Shown: positions 34,494-42,680 of the stretch, in pieces | Position numbering within the stretch: the first letter of the stretch is position 1 | Layout: the number at the start of each line of letters is the position of its first letter | DNA from: Bacteroidales bacterium | GTDB lineage: Bacteria > Bacteroidota > Bacteroidia > Bacteroidales > VadinHA17 | Reading direction: 5' to 3' | Length of the DNA stretch: 64,000 bases | Assembly: GCA_035530515.1 (NCBI GenBank) | Contig: DATKUO010000136.1 | Span: forward strand, 5,758 to 69,757 | Notes under the pieces: model-generated | What the model was told of the DNA's origin: nothing | Seen by the model: only the letters and a program-made list of their open reading frames with translations | Database searches by the model: none | Position numbers and translations under genes: made by a program

Positions 34494-35045
34494 TTACATC
34501 TTCCTTAAAAACGCCTTCGGTATCTTGAGTATCAGATTCTTATCAAGACGATCAATACGAACCACAACACGGTTGTGATTTCCTATTTTTATGAGCTCAC
34601 CTGTCAATCCAATCAATGAACCACTGGTAACCTCAACTTTGTCACCCTGAGCAAATTTTTCTGAAGATATTTCTATTTCAGCATCGCTGTTGATAAGTAA
34701 TCTAAGATTATCGATCTGTTTCTCAGGGATAGATGCCGGTTGTCCCTCGAAAGTGACGAACTTAACCACGCCAAGCATTTTGTAAACCTTGGGGAAAAAT
34801 TTTCTTTTCGATTTTACAAATATATAAGATGAAAGGAGGGGCTTTTCAACCAGCTTCTTTCTGTCGCTCCACATCCTGTAAGTCTTCTGAAGAGGAAGGA
34901 AGGTCTTTATCCCCTCTTCAACAAGTCGTTGATAGACCAGCTTTTCCGCCCTGGGCCTGGTGTAAATTGCATACCATTTTTCTTCAGTATCATTGTTCTG
35001 AATTATATTTTTTTCCGCTGAAGTAAGGTTTTCTTGCGATATCAT
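34494..35045 (-). CDS. UpxY-family (NusG-like) transcription antiterminator
   Basis: 183 aa with WYAIYTRPRAEKLVYQRLVEEGIKTFLP...KPLLSSYIFVK and a KOW-like GDKVEVTSGSLIGLTGELIKI. Confidence 0.8.
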   Translation of the reverse strand: MISQENLTSAEKNIIQNNDTEEKWYAIYTRPRAEKLVYQRLVEEGIKTFLPLQKTYRMWSDRKKLVEKPLLSSYIFVKSKRKFFPKVYKMLGVVKFVTFEGQPASIPEKQIDNLRLLINSDAEIEISSEKFAQGDKVEVTSGSLIGLTGELIKIGNHNRVVVRIDRLDKNLILKIPKAFLRKM

Positions 35046-35067
35046 TTTTATCAGTCTAAAGCGATTT

Positions 35068-35075
35068 CAAAGATA
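35068..35075 (-). promoter_or_regulatory. Bacteroidota -7 promoter box for upxY
   Basis: The minus strand reads tatctttg, 23 nt upstream of the ATG at 35045. Confidence 0.45.
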
Positions 35076-35088
35076 ATTTATTTTTGCA

Positions 35089-35126
35089 TTTTTTGCCCCC
35101 CTTTATGTTGGATTGGGGGCAAAAAA
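35089..35126. terminator. Symmetric GC hairpin flanked by T6 and A6 (bidirectional terminator/insulator-like)
   Basis: ttttttGCCCCCctttatgttggattGGGGGCaaaaaa. Confidence 0.5.
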
Positions 35127-35142
35127 TTGGATTGGTAGCTAA

Positions 35143-35275
35143 GGATTGCTTCGTCCCGCTTTACGGGACTCGCAATGACGCTGCACATAATTAATTTCTG
35201 TTTTGTGAATGCACAGTACATTATTAAGTCCTGGGTCATTGCGAGGATCCGCCAACTGGCGGAGACGAAGCAATC
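35143..35275. repeat. Nested palindromic repeat, copy B (unit1 35143-35179, unit2 35235-35275)
   Basis: The units are ggattgcttcGTCCCGctttaCGGGACtcgcaatgac and gtcattgcgaggaTCCGCCaactGGCGGAgacgaagcaatc. The copy is preceded by ttggattggtagctaa, matching the last codons plus stop of the GIY-YIG gene at 40486-40500. Confidence 0.85.
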
Positions 35276-35373
35276 TGCTAGTACCATATCCGGATTATCT
35301 AATGATGATTTCCACATACCTCATGCCGCTTACCGCTTACCACTTTTATAAAATATCATAATGCAAATAGTCC

Positions 35374-35381
35374 TATATTTG
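35374..35381 (+). promoter_or_regulatory. Bacteroidota -7 promoter box
   Basis: tatatttg lies 23 nt upstream of the TTG start at 35404. Confidence 0.4.
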
Positions 35382-35403
35382 TTTATTAATAATCCATACT
35401 ATC

Positions 35404-37035
35404 TTGAGAAAACTTCTCCTCATATTCTCTCTTTTCAACATTTTCCTGATACTGAATACAAATCTCTGCGGCCAGGAGATCCCTCAGTCAGTATATAATA
35501 AAGGTATATATGATTTTCTTGATGAACTGGCAAATATTCATATAATAACTATTAATTCAGCTGTAAAACCATATTCAAGACTGTTTATCTCTCAAAGGCT
35601 GAAAGAAGCTGATAAAAAAAGAGAGCAACTAAACCAACGGCAGCAGAAAGAGCTCGATTTTTATCTTATGGATTTTAGGAAGGAGAATTTTGAGGAAGGC
35701 GTTAAAGGCATTATAGGCTTTAGAGGCTTTAAAAACGCAAAGATACAATTGCGCAGAGATCTGATTTATTATAAGGATTCAATTTTTTCACTGACAGTAA
35801 ATCCAATACTGGGAGGAGAGGTTTTTACCAACTCCTCTGGTAAAGCAACATACTGGCGCAACGGTGCAGAGTTACATGGATATATTCATAAGTGGGGGTT
35901 TTATGCTTCCCTGCGTGATAATCATGAGAATCCGTTACTGGGAAGATCCGCCTACCTTACTCAAAGAGAAGGAGGACATATTAAAGGCAGCACCGACTGG
36001 AGCGAGATGCAGGGGGGTGTTACATACTCATGGAAATGGGGTAATGCAGCTCTTGTTAAGGATAAGCTGCAATGGGGGAACAACTATAATGGAGCAAATA
36101 TCTTTGGTGGCAACAATCCTACGTTTGTACAGCTAAAATTACATATCTCCCCTGTTAAATGGTTTGACTTCAACTACTTCCATGGATGGCTCAACTCAAT
36201 GGTTGTTGATAGCGCTAATTCATACTGGGTTACTAATAGCTATGGTACTGACTACAGAGAGGTATATCACAAGAAATTTATTGCAGCCAACATGATCACC
36301 TTCACCCCAGTAAAATACCTTAATGTATCAGTTGGTAACAGTATTGTTTACAGCGATGAGAATATCAACCCTGCCTATCTCATTCCACTTTTCTTCTATA
36401 AGTCAGTAGACCATTCTCTAACCTCTGGAGTGGATAATATGAATTCACAAATGTTTATTGATATCAGCTCCCGTCAGATAAAGAACCTTCATCTCTATGC
36501 CACTATGTTTATTGATGAACTATCCGTTAGCAGGTTTACAGAAAAGGATGAATGGAACTTCTTCAGTTATAAAGCAGGATTTAGAATTACTGATCTTCCT
36601 CTTTCCAACCTGTCGTTCACTACAGAGTTCACTTACACCTACCCCCTCACTTTTCAACATTATGTCCCTACACTTACCTTTGAGACAAATGGTTTTAACC
36701 TCGGTCATTACCTTAGGGATAACTCAAGGGAGTGGTATATTGCTTTAGATTACCGTCCTGTCAGAACGCTTAATATTAATCTCTATTTCACTGATGCGAT
36801 ACGTGGTCCGGATTACACTGAGCTTGGCGTTCCCCGGGTAGGAAATCCGCCGTTAAATTCCGTGGAATGGCATAATGCCACAATAGGACTTAAGGCTTCT
36901 TATCAGGTTATAAATGACCTTTATACATGGTTTTCCTTCACTTCCTCTGATATTAGCGGAGACAGCAGGTGGGGTCCGGAGTATTTCTATGGGAAGAAGA
37001 GTACGGTGAATCTTGGGGTGAGTTTTGGGTTCTAA
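35404..37035 (+). CDS. Outer-membrane protein, capsule-assembly Wzi-like
   Basis: 543 aa with a signal peptide. The N-terminal helical pattern is YDFLDELANIHII...VKPYSRLFISQRL. The rest is beta-strand-rich and aromatic, ending ..VNLGVSFGF. Confidence 0.5.
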   Translation: MRKLLLIFSLFNIFLILNTNLCGQEIPQSVYNKGIYDFLDELANIHIITINSAVKPYSRLFISQRLKEADKKREQLNQRQQKELDFYLMDFRKENFEEGVKGIIGFRGFKNAKIQLRRDLIYYKDSIFSLTVNPILGGEVFTNSSGKATYWRNGAELHGYIHKWGFYASLRDNHENPLLGRSAYLTQREGGHIKGSTDWSEMQGGVTYSWKWGNAALVKDKLQWGNNYNGANIFGGNNPTFVQLKLHISPVKWFDFNYFHGWLNSMVVDSANSYWVTNSYGTDYREVYHKKFIAANMITFTPVKYLNVSVGNSIVYSDENINPAYLIPLFFYKSVDHSLTSGVDNMNSQMFIDISSRQIKNLHLYATMFIDELSVSRFTEKDEWNFFSYKAGFRITDLPLSNLSFTTEFTYTYPLTFQHYVPTLTFETNGFNLGHYLRDNSREWYIALDYRPVRTLNINLYFTDAIRGPDYTELGVPRVGNPPLNSVEWHNATIGLKASYQVINDLYTWFSFTSSDISGDSRWGPEYFYGKKSTVNLGVSFGF

Positions 37036-37156
37036 TATTAAAAGGGGGCTTGAGTGCAAAAAGCAACCATGCATACGATTATCCAGTCTTAGCTAAAGAG
37101 AATAATCAAATTTTTACTTACTTCACGATAGAATCCTATCCGCATGTTTAAACCAG

Positions 37157-38704
37157 ATGGAGAAAATTAAGTTCCGGGTTATTACACTTTTAGCTGATAT
37201 TGTAATTCTGACAATATCGTTTCTTGCTATGGTATGGACCAAACCGGCAAGCCTGAGGTTGTACCTGCCATCACATACTCCGTTTTTTCTGGCGCTGGCT
37301 TTAATGTGGATAATTGTTTCGCTGGCTAACGGGAAGATGCACCGTGGAAAGATTATCAACTTCACTACTCTCTTTACAAGGGTTCTGAGCAGTAATATTA
37401 TAGCTGTGGCAATTACAGCACTGGTAATGTATAGTATCAGGGACTATTTTTATTCCAGGACCATTGTCCTTGGGACTGCCCTGGTTGCAACTATGTTGGA
37501 GCTTCTTTTCGGATCAGTCTATATAGCTTATAAAAAGGCAGTTATACAGGATTATGAGGAGTACGAGAAGTATAAGAAATATAAAATACCCAGTGAATAT
37601 GATCTTGTAAAGGGGACTAACGGAAACGGAGTACATATTGCTGAGAAGGAGGATGTTAACCCCAGGATTATCAGTGCAATTGAAAAAGAGTGCGGAACAG
37701 AGATGACCCAGGCTATTTTAAAGATAGCCAGTAATAAGCTTACTGACTATACGGCTGTATTATCAACTACAACCATTTTTAATATCGATGGTCTTATTCA
37801 TGATAAATACGACTATATTATCAATCTTCACAAGATCAACGACATCAAAAAGCTCGATGAATTCCTGGATGCTGTTAACAACAAACTTGATCTGAAGAGT
37901 TATTTTTTCTGTTGTGTCGAGACAAAAGACCAAAGAAAAAAGAGGCTGTTAAAAAAGTATCCACCTGTTCTTAACTGGATCTACTATCTTCTTGATTTCA
38001 TAGTTAAACGGATCCTTCCTAAGCTTAAGATCACCAGGGGTTTATACATTTTTCTTACCCGTGGAAATAATGCTGTAATATCGCGGGCCGAGGCACTGGG
38101 CAGACTATCGAGGGCAGGATTCAGGATCAGACAAGAGTCATTTATCGGGAACCTGCTATGCATTGAAGCAGTAAAAAGCAGCAATCCAATTCAAAAAAAT
38201 GATAACATTTACGGTCCGTTGATTGCATTGCCAAGGATAGGAAAAGAGGGACAAGTAATAAAGGTATATAAGCTTCGCACAATGCACCCTTATTCTGAGT
38301 ATATACAAGATTATGTCTATAAGCTACATTATCTTCAGGATGGAGGTAAGTTCAAGCATGACTTCCGGATAACTTCCTGGGGAGCAGTATGTAGAAAAAT
38401 ATGGCTCGATGAACTCCCTATGCTTATCAATTTTTTTGAAGGAGACATGAAGCTTGTCGGAATCAGACCCCTCAGCAAACAATATTTTGAACTCTACAAA
38501 AAAGATGTTCAGGAGAGAAGAATAAAATATAAGCCCGGGCTGATTCCCCCCTTCTATGCTGATATGCCTGGCGATATTGAAGAGATACAGGCTTCCGAGT
38601 TGAAATATCTCGATTCGTTCGACAAACGTCCTTTTTTTACTGATTTTTGCTATTTCTGGAAATCGGGATGGAATATATTATTCAGGAAAGCAAGGAGTAA
38701 TTAA
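37157..38704 (+). CDS. Initiating sugar-phosphate transferase (Bac_transf / WbaP-like)
   Basis: 515 aa with N-terminal TM helices. The C-terminal domain reads PRIGKEGQVIKVYKLRTM...WLDELPMLINFFEGDMKLVGIRPL. Confidence 0.75.
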   Translation: MEKIKFRVITLLADIVILTISFLAMVWTKPASLRLYLPSHTPFFLALALMWIIVSLANGKMHRGKIINFTTLFTRVLSSNIIAVAITALVMYSIRDYFYSRTIVLGTALVATMLELLFGSVYIAYKKAVIQDYEEYEKYKKYKIPSEYDLVKGTNGNGVHIAEKEDVNPRIISAIEKECGTEMTQAILKIASNKLTDYTAVLSTTTIFNIDGLIHDKYDYIINLHKINDIKKLDEFLDAVNNKLDLKSYFFCCVETKDQRKKRLLKKYPPVLNWIYYLLDFIVKRILPKLKITRGLYIFLTRGNNAVISRAEALGRLSRAGFRIRQESFIGNLLCIEAVKSSNPIQKNDNIYGPLIALPRIGKEGQVIKVYKLRTMHPYSEYIQDYVYKLHYLQDGGKFKHDFRITSWGAVCRKIWLDELPMLINFFEGDMKLVGIRPLSKQYFELYKKDVQERRIKYKPGLIPPFYADMPGDIEEIQASELKYLDSFDKRPFFTDFCYFWKSGWNILFRKARSN

Positions 38705-38709
38705 ATAAA

Positions 38710-38745
38710 GGCGTCAGGCATCGGGCGTCGGGCATCAGGTGTCGG
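38710..38745. repeat. Left inverted-repeat arm of four-helix-bundle cassette 5 (ggcgtcRggcatc words)
   Basis: cgggcgtcgggcatcag resembles rc(39171-39195), which contains cgggcgtcaggcatcag, matching at 16 of 17 positions. Confidence 0.7.
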
Positions 38746-38850
38746 ACAAAAACAATTAACAGACAAATCGCTATAATTTCTTAAATTAGCATTGTTATCT
38801 CCAGGTGGAATTGCGGATAACGTTATATACTAATCTATAATCGCTGCAAA

Positions 38851-39204
38851 ATGGGAAACTTTAAAAAACTACATGTTTGGCAAAATGCCAAAGATCTTGC
38901 TGTTAATGTTTACAAATTAACAGATTCTGTATATTTTAATAAGGATTTTGGCCTAAAGGACCAGATTAGACGGTCATCAGTATCAATTTCATCAAATATT
39001 GCTGAGGGAGATAATCTGGATACAGATAAACAAAGCATAAAGCATTTCTATATCGCTCGTGGTTCAACAGCTGAACTGAGAACACAATTGATAATTTCTT
39101 TGGAAATCGGATATATCACTTTTGAACAATTTGAACGGTTAGAGCCAGAGTGTGATAAGATTTGTGCAATGCTGATGCCTGACGCCCGACGCCGCAAATT
39201 TTAA
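38851..39204 (+). CDS. Four-helix-bundle protein (23S rRNA IVS protein family)
   Basis: 117 aa: MGNFKKLHVWQNAKDLAVNVYKLT......DFGLKDQIRRSSVSISSNIAEG. Confidence 0.85.
   Translation: MGNFKKLHVWQNAKDLAVNVYKLTDSVYFNKDFGLKDQIRRSSVSISSNIAEGDNLDTDKQSIKHFYIARGSTAELRTQLIISLEIGYITFEQFERLEPECDKICAMLMPDARRRKF
39171..39195. repeat. Right inverted-repeat arm of cassette 5, inside the last codons of the ORF
   Basis: gctgatgcctgacgcccgacgccgc encodes ..MLMPDARRR. Confidence 0.7.
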
Positions 39205-39288
39205 CACAGCAGTTTCTCTTATCACTCAATAAGAATTGTATGATATTTAGTGATATTTCCTCATATTTTTTAATTATAAAAAAAACAA

Positions 39289-39296
39289 TATCTTTG
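39289..39296 (+). promoter_or_regulatory. Bacteroidota -7 promoter box
   Basis: tatctttg lies 23 nt upstream of the ATG at 39319. Confidence 0.45.
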
Positions 39297-39318
39297 CCGC
39301 ATATTAACAACATTTACC

Positions 39319-39696
39319 ATGGCGGAAAAGACAAGATACGCGGATAGTGAGCTTGAGGAGTTCAGAGAGATCATCCTCATGAAGCTGGATAAAGCCAGGA
39401 AAGATTATGAGATACTGAAGTCCAGCATAACACACGAAGAGAGCAATGATACTTTGGATACCTCTCCTACTTTCAAAGTACTGGAAGAGGGTGCAACAAC
39501 ATTATCGAAAGAAGAAGCAGGCAGGCTGGCTCAGCGTCAGCTTAAATTTATACAACACCTTCAGGGCGCTCTGATCAGGATTGAGAATAAGACATACGGA
39601 ATCTGTCGTGAGACCGGTCAGCTAATCTCAAAAGAGAGACTAAGAGCCGTGCCACATGCTACTCTCTGTATGGATGCCAAGATGAAACAAAAATAG
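39319..39696 (+). CDS. TraR/DksA-family C4 zinc-finger protein
   Basis: 125 aa with a coiled-coil N-terminus and C-terminal ..YGICRETGQLISKERLRAVPHATLCMDAK. Confidence 0.7.
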   Translation: MAEKTRYADSELEEFREIILMKLDKARKDYEILKSSITHEESNDTLDTSPTFKVLEEGATTLSKEEAGRLAQRQLKFIQHLQGALIRIENKTYGICRETGQLISKERLRAVPHATLCMDAKMKQK

Positions 39697-39903
39697 GTAC
39701 GAGGTTAAGGGTACGGGGTGCGAGGAAAAAATTAAACGAAAATAGAAGCTGCTTATTAAAATGAGCGGCTTTTTTGTTGTGTACCTAATCCGTGTTTTCT
39801 ACATGGGAGTTACAGATTGCTATTACTAACATTGAAGAGAATGTAGAAGATTCGATCATGTGGTTTCTTAAAAAAAGTTATATTGTTAAACTGAATTCCG
39901 GAT

Positions 39904-40269
39904 ATGAAATCATTTGCTTCCATAGTTGCATTTTTTCTGGTCATTTGCAGTTCAATAGCAGGTCAGATACCGGATTCTGTAAAATTCAAATCACTTCAAC
40001 CTTATTATTTTCACCTGACTTATCTGAAAGAAGACCCTGCTCTTATCATTGATGTCAGAGAATTTTTTGAGTACCGCGGTTCACGTCTGAGAGATGCAGT
40101 GAATATCCCCGCTTTTTCTAATCTCGAATTTTCTGCAGACACTATAAATAAAGAGTGTGCTCTCTTTTTATATTGTACCACAGATTACAGAAGTATCAGG
40201 GCTGCAAGATACTTTTATGATAAGGGTTTTCGTAAATTATATTCTCTCAAAGGGGGGATTGTGGCATAG
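39904..40269 (+). CDS. Exported single-domain rhodanese-like sulfurtransferase
   Basis: 121 aa with a signal peptide, IIDVREFFEYRGSRLRDAVNIP, and the active-site loop LYCTTDYRS. Confidence 0.65.
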   Translation: MKSFASIVAFFLVICSSIAGQIPDSVKFKSLQPYYFHLTYLKEDPALIIDVREFFEYRGSRLRDAVNIPAFSNLEFSADTINKECALFLYCTTDYRSIRAARYFYDKGFRKLYSLKGGIVA

Positions 40270-40350
40270 AGGAGAGAAGGAATGCCGGTGGAGAAGAAGA
40301 GGGTCAGGAGAAAGAAGTAATGTATTATGTATTTTGGACAATGGATTGAA

Positions 40351-40485
40351 GGATTGCTTCGTCCCGCAATGCAGGACTCGCAATGACCGGGGGCTTAATA
40401 ATGAGTAGTGCAATCCCAAAATAGAAATAGATTATCTGCAGCGTCATTGCGAGAATCCCAATGAAATTGGGAGGCGAAGCAATCC
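40351..40485. repeat. Nested palindromic repeat, copy C (unit1 40351-40387, unit2 40443-40485), inverted relative to copies A/B/D
   Basis: The units are ggattgcttcGTCCCGCaatGCAGGACtcgcaatgac and gtcattgcgagaaTCCCAATgaaATTGGGAggcgaagcaatcc. It ends at the base before the GIY-YIG stop codon. Confidence 0.85.
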
Positions 40486-40779
40486 TTAGCTACCATCCAG
40501 AGTCGAACTTAGGTCAAGCCACACTGGGTTATTTTCGTTAATTAATTGCACTTTTTTCTTCCTGGGCCCGGATTTGATTTGTTTTTCTCTAATAATGGCT
40601 TCACCAATTGTTTCGAAACTCTCAAAATAGACCAGTTTGCTGATATTATATCTTGCAGAGAAACTTTCAGAGTGTTTTTTCCTTTTATGTTGTGATATGC
40701 GCTGCAATAAATCACTAGTCACACCTGTGTAAAGAACTGTATTATTCTTATTTGTCAAAATATATACAAATCCCCTCAT
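40486..40779 (-). CDS. GIY-YIG nuclease-domain protein (COG2827/UPF0213-like)
   Basis: 97 aa: GFVYILTNKNNTVLYTGVTSDLLQRISQHK...LVYFE.F....EAI.REKQIK. Confidence 0.8.
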   Translation of the reverse strand: MRGFVYILTNKNNTVLYTGVTSDLLQRISQHKRKKHSESFSARYNISKLVYFESFETIGEAIIREKQIKSGPRKKKVQLINENNPVWLDLSSTLDGS

Positions 40780-40858
40780 TAATTACTGATTAGTAAAGGC
40801 TTACAGCTTTTATTGAGATCCCCGATTTTAAAGTTAAATCAATATATGATAAGTAAGC

Positions 40859-41458
40859 CTATCGATCCAATTGCTGTCTCACAATCTTCGCAATATACTT
40901 CCCAAGTATATCAAATTCAATATTGACAACTGTCCCCTTTTTGATCTGGTGAAAATTAGTTACCTCCCAGGTAAATGGAATTATTGCAACTTCAAATGAT
41001 GTGGGTTTTGAATTTACAACAGTAAGACTCACCCCATTAACAGATACTGATCCTTTTTCAACAGTGATATAGTCGTCCTGAACAGGTTCATATTCAAATG
41101 TATAGTACCAGCTTCCTCCTGCTTCCTTTACATTGGTGCATACTGCAACCTGATCAATATGGCCTTGTACCATATGCCCATCAAGACGGCCGTCAAGCCT
41201 TGTACTGCGTTCCAGGTTGACCTTGTCTCCGGGTTTCAATAATCCCAGGTTTGTCTTTTCAAGGGTTTCCTTTATTGCAGTCACAGTATATGTGCCTTTG
41301 TCTTTCCTGACAACAGTCAGACATACTCCGTTATGTGAGATACTCTGATCGATCTTCAGTTCATCAACAAATGAACATTTCATCGTTATATGAAGGTTAT
41401 CCTTCTCTTCTTCAAGATTTATAACCTTGGCTGATTCTTCTATGATTCCTGAGAACAT
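40859..41458 (-). CDS. ribE: Riboflavin synthase
   Basis: 199 aa with MFSGIIEE... and the duplicated lumazine-binding repeat (SISHNGVCLTV / SVSVNGVSLTV). Confidence 0.85.
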   Translation of the reverse strand: MFSGIIEESAKVINLEEEKDNLHITMKCSFVDELKIDQSISHNGVCLTVVRKDKGTYTVTAIKETLEKTNLGLLKPGDKVNLERSTRLDGRLDGHMVQGHIDQVAVCTNVKEAGGSWYYTFEYEPVQDDYITVEKGSVSVNGVSLTVVNSKPTSFEVAIIPFTWEVTNFHQIKKGTVVNIEFDILGKYIAKIVRQQLDR

Positions 41459-41486
41459 GAATTCTTTTATTAGTTTTTAATAAGCA

Positions 41487-41494
41487 CAAAAGTA
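41487..41494 (-). promoter_or_regulatory. Bacteroidota -7 promoter box for ribE
   Basis: The minus strand reads tacttttg, 29 nt upstream of the ATG at 41458. Confidence 0.4.
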
Positions 41495-41556
41495 GGGAAA
41501 TTTACCGTTTTCTTGACTACTGTAAAATAGTTTTGTGCTCAAACTCCTATATAATA

Positions 41557-41588
41557 CCCCCCTGCCCTGCTTAAGCGGGGCAGGGGGG
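41557..41588. terminator. 13-bp GC-rich hairpin overlapping the last codons of the 41571 gene
   Basis: CCCCCCTGCCCTGcttaagCGGGGCAGGGGGG, with the stop codon in the loop. There is no clear U-run, so terminator function is uncertain. Confidence 0.35.
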
Positions 41589-42011
41589 CAAATCGGTAGT
41601 CCAAATTATCTTCTTCCCAAACCCTAACCTGTTATCAGTCATTTTAATATAAGTCAGATTCACAATCCACAGATGTGTATCCATAAGTGCGGCAATCGGA
41701 AATCTCTTCAGGTATCCGCTTTTTGCCCTGGTAAGAAGATCGCCTTCCGGCTCGGTGACAATACCCTGAAACTGAATTCCCCTGATTTTGCCGACAACCA
41801 TCGTCTCAAGGACTACTGAGCCTGCAATCAGTGGATTCATTACAAACTCCTTACCATGACGTGTATCCTTATCTGTGGTAAAAACCAGGGAGTTCTCTTT
41901 TTCAAGATAAATATAAAAGCAATTTGCACACCATGATTCATTCTCTATCGTAGTGGCAATTGTCAGAACATGATGCTTCCGGAAAAAACGTATTACCCTG
42001 CTGTCAATCAT
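41571..42011 (-). CDS. Pyridoxamine-5'-phosphate-oxidase-like FMN-binding protein (YhbP-like)
   Basis: The start is moved to MIDSRVIRFFRKHHVLTIATT (ATG at 42011, 8-nt overlap with the ubiX stop). The split-barrel pattern ...IRGIQFQG....L......Y..RFP is present. Confidence 0.55.
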   Translation of the reverse strand: MIDSRVIRFFRKHHVLTIATTIENESWCANCFYIYLEKENSLVFTTDKDTRHGKEFVMNPLIAGSVVLETMVVGKIRGIQFQGIVTEPEGDLLTRAKSGYLKRFPIAALMDTHLWIVNLTYIKMTDNRLGFGKKIIWTTDLPPCPA

Positions 42012-42588
42012 TTTCCATCCATCTGAATGCGTTGCTGTCAAAACCGGCAAGATCGAGTATTCGGTCAACCACAGTCAAAACCAAATCATCTATTGTTTGT
42101 GGATTACTGTAAAAAGAAGGTGCTGCCGGACATATTATTGCTCCTGCCAGGGTGAGTGATTTCATATTATTAATATGTATCAGGCTGTAGGGTGCTTCTC
42201 TGGGGACAATTATCAATCGTCTTCTTTCCTTTAGCATCACATCAGCTGTGCGGGCAATCAGATCATCTGATGTCCCGTTTGCAATGCGTCCGGTAGTACC
42301 CATCGATGCAGGGCATATAATCATTGTGTCGTATTGAGAAGAACCTGATGCGAATGGAGCATAAAATGTATTATTGTTATATTCCTTCGCATGTGTTAAT
42401 GGCGAATATTTAGCCCCTGTTTCTGCCTTCCATATCTCTTTTGCGGTTTCGGAAAAAATCACTGCAACCTCTTCCGGGGGGGATTTCATTTGCTGAAGTT
42501 TCTCAAGCAGCTTTTTAGCATATATTGAACCACTGGCCCCGGTGACAGCAAGTACTATTTTTCTATTTCGTGGTTTTGAGTCTTCCAT
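42004..42588 (-). CDS. ubiX: Flavin prenyltransferase UbiX
   Basis: KIVLAVTGASGSIYAKKLLEKL ... MIICPASMGTTGRIANGTSDDLIARTADVMLKERRRLIIVPRE. The start is set at MEDSK; the track ORF starts 21 nt further upstream. Confidence 0.8.
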   Translation of the reverse strand: MEDSKPRNRKIVLAVTGASGSIYAKKLLEKLQQMKSPPEEVAVIFSETAKEIWKAETGAKYSPLTHAKEYNNNTFYAPFASGSSQYDTMIICPASMGTTGRIANGTSDDLIARTADVMLKERRRLIIVPREAPYSLIHINNMKSLTLAGAIICPAAPSFYSNPQTIDDLVLTVVDRILDLAGFDSNAFRWMEND

Positions 42589-42680
42589 TTTTATTACAAA
42601 GTGATGCAAAGATAGTTATTTCGGACCATTTCCGGGTTGCATGCCAGGCTGGTATTAAATGACGTTTGCATACGACTAAA

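Noticed and set aside
15750-34494. Island as a prophage, ICE or IS-bounded transposon
   Set aside because: No integrase, transposase, relaxase, capsid or terminase genes and no tRNA attachment site are visible in the window. Mobility, if any, must rely on factors encoded elsewhere.
35078-35317. 79-aa ORF (also 43560-43763, 43637-43858, 43699-43980, 40157-40408, 40237-40419)
   Set aside because: These are read-throughs of the palindromic repeat family. They give recurrent pseudo-peptides such as DCFVSASWRILAMT and VIASPVKRDEAI, and they overlap real promoters or genes.
917-39204. Avd-like four-helix-bundle genes as markers of a diversity-generating retroelement
   Set aside because: No reverse transcriptase ORF and no template/variable repeat pair with adenine-specific differences could be found anywhere in the window.
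41459-41570. FMN (RFN) riboswitch upstream of riboflavin synthase
   Set aside because: The 112-nt leader is AT-rich and lacks the conserved RFN core segments. Only a -7 promoter box is recognisable.
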